From: Geosiphon pyriformis uo1
Taxonomy: Eukaryota > Fungi > Glomeromycota
DNA: 64,000 bases
Direction: 5' to 3'
NCBI GenBank assembly: GCA_016748015.1
Contig: JAAOMT010000586.1
Span: 248,001 to 312,000, forward strand
Under the pieces are notes generated by a model. It was not told the origin of the DNA. It did not search any database and was given only the letters and a program-made list of their open reading frames with translations. A program made the translations under genes and the position numbers. Below are positions 1-10,152 of the stretch, piece after piece (within the stretch, counting starts at the first letter, position 1; each line of letters starts with the position of its first letter).

Positions 1-767
1 GTTTCCTGAAACCATAGTTTCATCAATTGCTTGCTCAGCTTAATGGTTGATGATTCTCCTGGTATGATATCCTCTATAAGTGTATACCAGTGCTGTTTTC
101 TGACATCAGTTCCTCCATAAGTCTTCCAAGAATAAGTATTGTTTAAGCAAGTTTATTTCTCCATAAGTTCTCCAAGAGTAAGTATTGTTTGAGTAAGTTT
201 TATTTCTCTGTAAGTCCTCCAGGAGTAAATCCTTTAATCAAGTTAGTAAACAACAAAGAAAATAAATAAAAAATAAAATAAAAAATAAAAAATAAGCCAA
301 AACAATTTACAAGTTAGTATTCTGTCAATAGCCATGATCAAGAGCTATTGTTTCAATATGGTTAAGTATCAGTTACTATCAACATGAAGTGTTGATAGTA
401 AAAAATAAATTTGATATAATGAATAATTATTTATTTGAAGATTGTGGTAACTAAGCTAAAGATTCTTGGTGTCGATTCTCTTTTTTTCTGCTTCTAATAT
501 TACTGCTATATATACATATTTAAGATTCCTCAATTCTTTAATTCCTTGCAACAGGAATCCTGGAATTTCTGGAATCCTGCGATTCCTGATGAGAGGAATC
601 CTGGAATTCTAGAATTCTACAATTCCTCACCAGAGAATTCTGAAATTCTTGGAATCCTGCAATTCCTCTGAGAAAAATCCTGGAATTCTATATTTACTAC
701 ATCTACTTCTGATTGGCTAATATCTACTTGCTAATAATAATATACTTCTTATATTCTATGAGTAACA
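1..767 (-). repeat. 3' LTR (partial; about 162 bp lie upstream of the window)
   Basis: Gap-free match to 9386-10152. Ends in GTAACA at 762-767, adjacent to the PPT. Confidence 0.95.
529..690. repeat. U3 minisatellite: ~40-bp units built of 9-bp GGAATCCTG/GGAATTCYT subunits
   Basis: aggaatcctggaatttctggaatcctgcgattcct-like unit repeated about 4 times. The same array is in the other LTR (~9914-10075). Confidence 0.8.
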
Positions 768-782
768 TTATTCCCTCCTTTT
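768..782 (-). promoter_or_regulatory. Polypurine tract
   Basis: Minus strand AAAAGGAGGGAATAA lies immediately before TGTTAC of the 3' LTR. Confidence 0.9.
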
Positions 783-1464
783 AATATTGAGCTCTGTCAA
801 AATCTAACTCTTTTAATTTCCTCTCTTGAATTATTTCTTGAACTTCTTTTTTGAGTATTACTTGTGTTATTTGAGTTTGTAGTTTTTCAAATTGGGTGTT
901 GGTCATTTTTCCCAATTGATTACTCATAACTGTATCTATTGCTGTATTGAATAAGATTTCTGGTCAGTCTTGAAATCCTATATATAGCCGGTAAATGGCT
1001 TGAGCTTGTGTGATTAGATTGTTTTTTCCCACAAATTATTCCAGTTGTCTCAGTATTGTTGTGTCGAATAACCATTTTGTTTTGTCAGTGTACAAATTCT
1101 GGATATTTAGTTGTTGTCCCAAGTGAAAATAACAATAGTTTTTCAGAAATTGTTGCATCCACCAAGTTCAAGTTTCTTCAGTAAGTTTTTGGTATAATCT
1201 GACTATTCGTTGTTCTTTCATGGCCAATTTTACCTTGGTCATGATCTTGTCAACAACATTTTCAAGTTTTCTCTGTACTTTGTGTTGTGGTATCCTTGCA
1301 GTACTTTTGTATCAAATGGTTTGTTAATTGATTGTAATTTCTATCTTCTGGTGTTGGATTAATTGAAAGATTTATTGTGCTAATAAATAGATGTTGTCAG
1401 TAATTTCCATTTTTCTGCATTTTTCTATTGTGTTGACCATGCCTTTATATATTCTTTCTGTCAA
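781..1464 (-). pseudogene. Hidden reading frame of unknown function downstream of, and in frame with, integrase
   Basis: Manual translation gives LTERIYKGMVNTIEKCRKMEITDNIYLLAQ...ELDFDRAQY* with no frameshift. The 6 internal stops are all TAA/TGA, revertible to CAA/CGA. Confidence 0.75.
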
Positions 1465-2831
1465 TCAATTGAATGTGTTGTTATCAATGATGATGATTGG
1501 TTCCAGATCTTGTGGAATCTCATCTGGTTGGACTAGTATTTTTTGTACTCCTAGTTGTGGAATATTACTGGTGGATGATGATGCTATATGATGGTATGGT
1601 TTCAGTTGATCTCCATGTATTGCTTTGGTCAAAATTTTGTTATTCAATCTTAATTTGTAAGCTTTATTTCCTAGAATTTCTTCTATGTGAAATGGTCCGT
1701 CCCATTTGGGATCAAATTTTCCACTTTGGTACAATATAGTAATACTTTGTTTCCAATCTTGAATTCAACTGGTTTATCTGGTAATTGGTTATCATGTCTT
1801 TCTTTTTGTTTCTCTTGTGACCTTTGTATGTTATCAGCTGCTCTCCATCATTTGTTTTCTAATGTTTTCATTAAGTTATATGTTCTTCTTAACAATGTGT
1901 TTTTGAAATTCTCTTTTGTTATTGGTTTGGTTGGATATGTGCTAACTTCTATTTCCACTGGTAGTGTTGCTGTTTTACTATATACTAATTCAAATGGTGT
2001 TGCTTGTGTAGTATCTTGCTTCATTGTCCAATAAGCAAATAGTACTGATGGTATCAACAAATCCCAATCATTCTGGTTTTTTTGGCTGAGCTTAGCTATT
2101 CCTTTATACAATGTTCTATTGAATCTTTTGACTAATCCATTGGTTTGTGGATGGTATGGTGATAATAATGGTCTCTTAATTCCGAATCTTTGGCTTAATT
2201 TTGTTAATGTTCTGTTCACAAAATGCGTTCTTTGGTCTGATAATAATTTTTTTGGACATCCATATTAACAAATCAAATCCTGATAAATGAATTTAACAAT
2301 GAATTCTGCATCCACTCTTTGAATTGCTTTTGTCTCTGACCATTTAGTAAGATAGTCCATGGCTACTGCTATGTATCTGTTTCTTCTGCTGGTAATTGTT
2401 AATGATCCAACTAAATCAATTCTAATACAGTCAAATGGTTGTCCCACTTTGATTGGTCTTAATGGTTCACTGGATTTTGTTCTTCCTCTTTGCTGACAAG
2501 TGTCACAATTTTGAACATATTGGATGATATCTGAATACATTGATAACCAATAGTATCTTTTTCTGGTTCTTTCTATGGTTGCTTCTTTGTGAAAGTGTCC
2601 TGCTGTTGGATTTGAGTACATGTTGAATAATACTGTCTCTTTTTCTGGCTCTGTAATTACTCTGGTTGGTTGATTTAGATCTCTTCTATTTTTCTGATAA
2701 AGTATATTTTGGTGAGTGATAAAATATTTTGACTGTTGTTTGATACTCTTTCATTCTGTTTGAGATAAATTCTCCTTGAACTGTTGAGTGTTTATATAAT
2801 ATTGAAGTTGTTGATATTTTTGTATGTTCAT
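1465..2831 (-). pseudogene. Gypsy integrase
   Basis: Zn-finger region (AGHFHKE..YYW..CDTCQ), core IRIDLVG...SPYHPQTNGLVKRFNRTL, and GPY/F motif KFDPKWDGPF. Contains stops and one deletion frameshift near 1735. Confidence 0.93.
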
Positions 2832-2893
2832 CTTTTGTTATATTTTTTGTTGGTATTGTTCTGGTTTTGTTATATTTTTGGGTTAAAATGTTC

Positions 2894-4230
2894 TTAGATT
2901 TGTCTTATTCATGACAAACTGTCAGCATTTTCATTGTCTTTTCTTTTCTTATAGTGTATAATATAAGTATATTATGAGAGTGCTATTTTTCATCTGAATT
3001 GGCGGCCGTTATCAAATTCTTGCTTTTGAAGTGATGTTAACTCTTTATGATCTGTGTATATATCAAACTTTTGGCTCAAGTATTTGTTTTACTTCATGAC
3101 TGCCCAATAGATTGCTAAATGTTCTAGTTCTGGTGTTCTATAATTCTTTTTGGCTGGTATTAGACCTCGGCTGGCATATGCTACTGGATGTTCTTTGCCA
3201 TCTGGTTCCTTCTGAGATAGTACTGCTCCCAATGCTTGGCCTAATGCATCAGTGGTAATGATGAATGGTTTGTTGTAATCTGAGTAGATTAGTACTGGAG
3301 CTTAAATAAGCTTTCTTTTCAGAATATCAAAAGCTTCTTGTTGACTTTCTGTCCATTTATATTTTGTATTCTTGGTTTGCAGATTATTAAGCAGTTGAGC
3401 TATCTTTGAAAAGTTCTTTATAAAGCATCCATAATAGCTTGCAAATCCCAAGAATGATTTCAATTCAGTCATATTAGTTGGTACTGGAAAGTTCTTTACT
3501 ATCTCTATTTTCTCTGGATCCATTTTGATGCTATCTTTGCTGATTATGTGTCCCAAGAATTTTAGTTTTGTCTTGCCAAAGAAGCACTTTGTTGCATTTA
3601 ACTTTAGTCTTGCTCTTCTTAGCCTTTTGAACACTTGTTGAAGATGATGAAGATAATTATCAAATGTTTTTGAAAATACATTGGTGTTGTCCAAATATAC
3701 AACTACTGATTTCCACAATAAGCCAGTATAAACAATTTCCATTAGCCATTGGAAAGTGGCTGGAATGTTGGTTAAGCCAAAGGGCATTACTTCAAATTCG
3801 AAACTTCCTTCTCTAGTGGTAAATGCCATCTTTTCCTTGTTGGCTGGATCCATAACTACTTGCCAGTAACCACTATCTAAGTTTAATATTGAGAACTATT
3901 TGTTTCTGCCAAAAGTGTCAAACAATTTTTGTATTCTTGGGGTTGGATAGCTGTCTCCACAAGTTACACCATTGAGTTTTCTGTAGTCTACACAAAATCA
4001 GATTTTTCCATTCTTCTTCTGGACGAGTACTACTGGTGATGACCATGGGCTCATTGATGGTTAAATTAGTTCATTGTTAAGCATTCAGTTTATCTCTTGA
4101 TGAATGATCTTATGGCTAGTTGGTGGTACTCTGTATGCTCTTTGTTTAATTGGTATTGCATCTCCAGTCTTGATTTGATGCTGGATGATGTCAGTTTGAC
4201 CAAACTTGTTTTTGCTGGCAAAAATGTCAT
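2894..4230 (-). pseudogene. Gypsy reverse transcriptase and RNase H
   Basis: PWSSPVVLVQKKNGK..FCVDYRKLN, MPFGLTN, YLDN (decayed YLDD), FLGHII, TDALGQALGAVLSQ..PVAYASR, YTDHK, NADSLS. Confidence 0.95.
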
Positions 4231-4724
4231 TAAAATTGTTGAGCAATATCTTGAACTGCATATGTTGGAGTGGATCTAAGTTTCCCATGTTTATTTGTTC
4301 CAATTGCTTTGGTTGGAGCAAATAACATTCGCTTCGTCTGTATATTGTTTGTAATATGATATCAACATATCCACAAAGCTGTAGAAAGTCCAGAATGGTG
4401 CTTGGTAGTTGATCCTCTATTTCAGTGCTTAAGTATCCAATAGTAGTTTCAGCTGGTATTACTATGACATTTCCTGTGTTATTATAGATGGGAATTTTGA
4501 TGTGGCTGTAATCTTTGGCTGGTATATGGAGATTGATAAGTCCAATCTCTCCTAATTTACAAAGGGTTAGTTCTGCTTTAAAAATCTGATTCTGTTCTTT
4601 TATTTCCCACTTTATTCTTATTATGTACTGGTCATATGGTGGAATAGAAATTGCTTGACCCGTTGAGATAATTTCTCCTTGGTCAACAATTTCTTTTTCT
4701 GCCATATTGACTAGTACATCTATT

Positions 4725-5100
4725 CTATCCGTTGATTTAAATCCCTGTATTCCTCTTGCTATTATCCCTAATTCCTCCCTATTTCCCACTGATACTAACT
4801 GCACTATTTTCACCAGAGACAGGAATATTGCTTGTGCTATTTTTTTGTTTGGCTCTATAATATAGGCCTTTTCAGAATTGTTTTGTAGCATAGCAATGAT
4901 ATTTTTTATATATTTTGCATCAATTATTCCTCCTCTTATATTAATCTCTCTTTTTGCTAAACTACTCCTAGATACTAGTTGAACCATTGTTGTTGCTGGG
5001 ATTTCTAATGCTATTTTCAGATCAATGCAAGTATGCAAATGTGGTTCCAATTTGATGGCATCTTTTTCTGAATACCTTAGATCAAACCCGGCATCATGCG
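4725..5100 (-). pseudogene. dUTPase domain inside the retrotransposon polyprotein
   Basis: All five trimeric dUTPase motifs in order: AGFDL, SRSS, GIIDAKY (cf. GxIDxGYxG), IAQ, RGIQGFKST (cf. RGxxGFGST). Confidence 0.9.
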
Positions 5101-6399
5101 TTCTGGCATAATATCTTTATTATTGTCACTATACCATTTTAACTTCTGTTCTTTGGAGAGGTCTGGCAGTGCAATGTATTGTTCATATTTTAGATTGGAG
5201 TTTGAATCTGAGTTGGAATTGTCGTCATTGTTATTGCCAATTTGAATGGAGCTGAAACTGGTGTTTTTGTCGTCATTATTGTCGGAGTTTGAATCAGAGT
5301 TGAACAGTGATTTTGATTTGAATGCACAGCTGCTGATTGGTTCGATTTCTTCTGGGATCATGTAGATTATGTGTGGTAGTGGATTGTAAATGAGATCACA
5401 CTCATTACAATATTAGAAGTCACAGGGAATCAAACAGTGGTCACATAATTGGATGTTTAGTTGTTCTAAACACTGCTCCTGCTTTTCTCTTGTAGGTGCC
5501 AAATTTTGGTAGTATTTGTGGAAGTCTTCTGGACCTGTTTTTTTGTTCATGAAAACATCTGGGTTAGGAATACAAATGATATTAACCAGTTCTGGAAGAT
5601 TGTTCTTAATTTCTAGTATTTCACTAAGTGTAATACCTTCTACTTTGGCATTGGCCATTTGCCAGATCTCCTCTTCGTCATGGAGGTAACCATCTAAACA
5701 ATCAAGTGCTTGGTGTCATGCTACTGTAATTAGAGTATCATGACTCACCCAGTCACTAATGAGGATCATGTATTGGCATGAAGTGTCACATGTTCCTCCT
5801 CAACTAGGAATGTTATTCCACATTCCTTTGTCGAGCAGTTGTTCGCTGCAAGTGAGACATGGTTCATTATCCCACTTGCCCTGTTTCTTTGGGTAGCCAT
5901 AGCATTCTCTATGGCATGGCTTACAATAGTAATAAGTTCGCATTCAGTAGTCTTTGTTTGGCATAATCTATGCTCTTATGGAAGAAAGTTTCTTTTCACA
6001 ATCTTTGTATTTGAATAGAATATATGGTAGTTGTGGTAGTGGCTCATGGACTGAGTATGAACTGGTCCAGCCATTAGTTCTTTTGCTGGTGCTGGTGGTC
6101 TCTTCCAGTGTGGTTTTTTTCCCTTTTCCTTTTCTGTTATCTTCCTTTTCTCATTCCTAATCGGCCAGTTCATTGTAGTTATTTTTTGTTTTCCAAGCTT
6201 GGTCAGAGGTCTAAGTAAGTTCTGTTTCTTTTTGCTTTCCTTTGACATTGCTGTTTTAAGAAGGTACTGGTGGTAATTTGTTATGGTCTTGGTTGGCCCA
6301 CGAGATTTGATAGGCTTCCCAGGTAGGTTTTCTTGTTTCTTCCTCAAACTCGATGAGTGGTTGGGCATTACTTGGCTTAAAGTGGCCACAAGTGGCTGG

Positions 6400-6760
6400 T
6401 GTTTAAGTATGCTGACCACCAAAAGTTAATTGTAGTTCTTGGGTGGTCCAATCAAGAGTAGTGTGGGTTTTCGACAACCAATTGTTGTCCACAAAAGCCT
6501 GGTATTGTGTGGCTTCTATTACCAAGACTTTGATAATTATAATGCCATTGATTTCGAATGGAAAATCATCGATTTTGCTGATTGGAGTTTTGGTCACTCC
6601 ATCAGCAGTGATTATACAAGCACTAACAGCATGATCAACTCGGTAACCTAATTGGTCCATAAGTTGTCACATGATAATGCTGTCTGCTGAACCACTGTTT
6701 AGGATCAATTTGATGAAGTGGCCATCTACTTTAGCATCAGTATACATTGCTGTAATGGGT
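6400..6760 (-). pseudogene. Retropepsin (aspartic protease)
   Basis: AKVDGHFIKLILNSGSADSII (DSG decayed to NSG) followed by ...AFVDNNWL (cf. LxGxDWL). Confidence 0.85.
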
Positions 6761-9200
6761 TTCTCTTCAAGGGCAGCTCCACTGAATAATGGGACTGGGG
6801 TGGTTTCCTCGAACTCAAACGGGAAGATAGCTGCTAATGTTTTATTTTCGGTGACCATTGTTGGTGGTATATTGCTGATAAGTTTTTGGATTGGGTTGGT
6901 TTCCGGATTGCTGGGTGTGACATCTTCTGGGGTAACCAGGAGACTTAAATAGTTCTGGGAATTTGGGTTTTGGGTGGCACCAGTACCCGAATTCTGAGAA
7001 TGCAATCCTAATGGTAAGTTGGAGGAATTGGGGATCAGTTGGTAGACAACCATTACCAATCTTCAGTTTTGTTGTGTCATTTTCAGTCTTTGGGTTCTGT
7101 GTTGAGATAAGTTTTGGGGTGGTGTTTAAATGGTTGAAGGTTAATAGATTACTTGTGGCTGCAGTTAATATATTACAGATGGCTGCGGTTGATATATTGC
7201 TGATGGCTGTGGTTGATAAACTAGGGTCTGATATACTGGTGCTTGATAAATTGGCTGCTGCATTATTGGCAGATAAGTGTTTTGATTTTGCTCTTGATTT
7301 TGATATTAATTCAGGGTTTGGAATCAGTAATCAGGGTTTTGATGTTGATTTCCTGATCATCAGTTATAAGCATTGCAGTTGGCTCTTATGTGGCCTTGTT
7401 TACCACAGTTGTGGCAGACACACATTTCTGGCTGCCACTGCCAATTGGATGACAATGTTAGATGTAACTGATTTTGGAAATGATTTGTGTTTCCCTGATT
7501 GTTACACCATTGAGAAGATTGATAAATTGTGCTATTGTCAGCTAAGTATTCCTCTATTTTTTGATTGATGGTATCACTGATTTGCTTCAATTTGGAATCC
7601 AAATCAGATAATCTATTTATTACTAAATTTACAGCTTAAGTGTGGTTGGCTTCTAGCTTAGCTGATTCAAAATCTCTGGTGTATATGACTGCGGCTTGAA
7701 GATTGGCTGGGTGTAATGGGCATACATGTTGCAAAATGCTATTGTGCAGGCCACAAATAAACTGGTTGAGGATCTGGAGTTCTGTGAAATACATGGCGTC
7801 AATGGCTTGAATTTGGCATAGGATTCTATAAAAGCATCTTAGGTATGTTGTGACTGCTTTAGTATTATTCTGTTTGATTGTAGTGAAAGTATTGGCTAGA
7901 CAATTAATACTGTTATTGTTGCTAAAATATTTCAGAAAGGCAGTTTTGAATTGTTGGAATGTTTGTGGTCTGGCAGCTAAACTCTGGTACCAAGAATTGG
8001 TAGTTTCTTTGAGAAAGTATGGGATTGTCTATAGGGCTCTGGTGTTGTCCCAATTGTTCACTATAATGGCCTTGAAGACATTATTGATTCATGCTTAAGC
8101 ATCATCTTTTTCACTGGTAAAGTTTTCTAATTTGGCAATGGATGCATAGGCCATTTGGTTTACATTTAGTTGTTGTTGTGGCTGCTGTAGTGGTTGTTGT
8201 TGCAGTGGTGGTTGTTGAGGTGGTCCTTGTGGCTGTTGGATTTGCAGATTTGGTTGTTGAAGTGGCTGCTGAATGAGTTTGACTATTGGATCAATTGGTG
8301 GGTGATTGATGACAATATTTGGAGATATGTTTGGCTGATTAGTTAAATCGGGGTTCTGATTGTTTTGATTTTGCTGAGTTCTAATATTTGGAATTTCAAT
8401 TTCTGGATTTTCTATGTTTGGATTTCGCAGAGTTTGAATGTTCAGAATTCAGAATTCCAAGTTTTCTGAGATCGGGTTTTGGTAAGTAAATCCTTAATCT
8501 TTACTTCCTTCTTTTGATAATTCCCATGGAATAGCAGCTCCGAAATCTGGTTGGGGTATTGGTGATCAAATTTCTAATGGCATTGGGGATCATGATTTAA
8601 ATTCTTCAAAATACACGCTATATGGTCTTAGTAAGTTTTTTTTTTATTGTTTGCTTTGGAACTGAAATTTTCCAAATGTTGATGTTACGTTTGATGTGGA
8701 TGTGTCTGCTGATAAAATGTTAATGGTGCTTTCAGGTGTGTAGTGATATAATGGAGTGGTTGGTAATTCTACTCTGTGTTTCTTCCAACTAGGTAACTGT
8801 ATTCCTTTTGGTATTGTTGCTGGTGTTTGTATTCTTCCTTTACCTTTGTTTGCATAGATAATGGGAAATTGTTGTTGCATGTATCTTTCAATGGTTTGAT
8901 TAATTTCCCTGATAATTGGGGTGAAACTGTGATTTCTTGGTAAGCTAATGTGTTAAAATAATTTTGTATAGAAATTTTTTCTTGCTGACTTAATATTAAC
9001 AGTTCCTCCTAAACAGTCTGTGATTTTATTGTTGATGTAATAGTTGAAGGCTGATTCGGCTAAATAGTGATTACTGTTTAATCTTAATTATTGGCTGTAT
9101 TGTTGAAACAAGGATTTTGCAAATCCTAAGTGGTTGGCTCCTATAATTTCTGATTCTGCCACATTTGGATGGTGTTGTTGGCACTGGTTCTCTGTAGGAT
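6761..9200 (-). pseudogene. gag (capsid-like region plus CX2CX4HX4C knuckle) with a long N-terminal extension
   Basis: MAYASIAKLENFTSEKDD..., YFLKETTNSWYQ, and CHNCGKQGHIRANC. In frame with the protease. Confidence 0.85.
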
Positions 9201-9204
9201 TATA

Positions 9205-9221
9205 CCTCACAGGAAGCACCA
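9205..9221 (-). promoter_or_regulatory. Primer binding site TGGTGCTTCCTGTGAGG
   Basis: Starts with TGG 2 nt inside the 5' LTR and is complementary to a tRNA 3' end ...CCUCACAGGAAGCACCA. The tRNA identity is uncertain (elongator Met- or Ile-like). Confidence 0.85.
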
Positions 9222-9223
9222 AA

Positions 9224-10152
9224 TGTTACAGGTGATTCTTTAGAGTGTCAAGTGAATAACAAACCCGTAACTTGGTGCTCAAAGCAATGGGTAATGATAA
9301 TAATCTGAAGGTATTTTATCTAAAGGTTTTCCAATTGAGTTTTTTGTATAATGGACAGAGATTCAATAGTAACTGTTTATTAGTAGTTTTCTGAAACTGT
9401 AGTTTCATCAATTGCTTGCTTAGCTTGATGGTTGATGATTCTCCTGATACAATATCCTCTATAAGTGTATACTAGTGCTGTTTCTTGACATCAGTTCCTC
9501 TGTAAGTCCTCTAAGAATAAGTATTGTTTAAGCAAGTTTATTCTTCTGTAAGTCCTCCAAAAGTAAGTATTGTTTGAGTAAGTTTTATTTCTCCATAAGT
9601 CCTCCAGGAGTAAATCCTTTAATCAAGTTAGTAGACAACAAAGAAAATAAAAAAAAGATAAAAGAGAAAATAAGAAATAAGCCAAGGCAATTTGCAAGTT
9701 AGTATTCCATCAATAGCTGTGATCAAGAGCTATTGTTTCAGTATGGTTAAGTATCAGTTACTATCAACATGAAGTGTTGATAGTGAAGAATGAATTTAAT
9801 ATAATGAATAATTATTTATTTGAAGATTGTGGTAACTAAGCTAAGGATTTTTGGTGTCAATTCTCTTTCTTTCTGCTTCTAATATTACTGTTATATATAC
9901 ATATTTGAGATTTCTCAATTCTTCAATTCCTTGCGACAAAAATCCTGGAATTTCTGGAATTCTGCAATTCCTGATGACAGGAATCCTGGAATTCTGGAAT
10001 CCTGCAATTCCTCACCAGAGAATCCTGAAATTCCTAGAATCCTGCAATTCCTCTGAGAGGAATTCTGGAATTCCACATTTACTATGTCTACTTCTGATTG
10101 GCTAATATCTACTTGCTAATAATAATATACTTCCTATATTCTATAAGTAACA
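9224..10152 (-). repeat. 5' LTR, 929 bp
   Basis: TGTTAC at 9224 and GTAACA at 10147-10152 form an inverted terminal pair. Adjacent to the PBS. Confidence 0.96.

Larger units (their letters stand above)
1..10152 (-). mobile_element. Ty3/Gypsy LTR retrotransposon, decayed, dUTPase-bearing; 3' LTR runs off the window start
   Basis: Two collinear LTRs (1-767 matches 9386-10152). TGTTAC...GTAACA termini, PBS and PPT present. Domain order on the minus strand: gag CCHC, protease, dUTPase, RT, RNase H, integrase. Confidence 0.96.

Noticed and set aside
529-690. CRISPR-like array
   Set aside because: The units are contiguous and degenerate with no unique spacers, lie inside both LTRs, and there are no cas genes; the context is eukaryotic.
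781-1464. env gene or chromodomain call
   Set aside because: No signal peptide, transmembrane stretch or chromodomain aromatic pattern is visible, so it is left as unknown.
6963-7568. 201-aa plus-strand ORF and similar antisense ORFs across the TEs
   Set aside because: These are shadows of Gln/Pro-rich gag or LINE frames on the opposite strand, with no independent motifs.
9851-10105. 84-aa ORF in the LTR
   Set aside because: It is a translation of the U3 minisatellite, and the ORF track shows no equivalent in the sister LTR.
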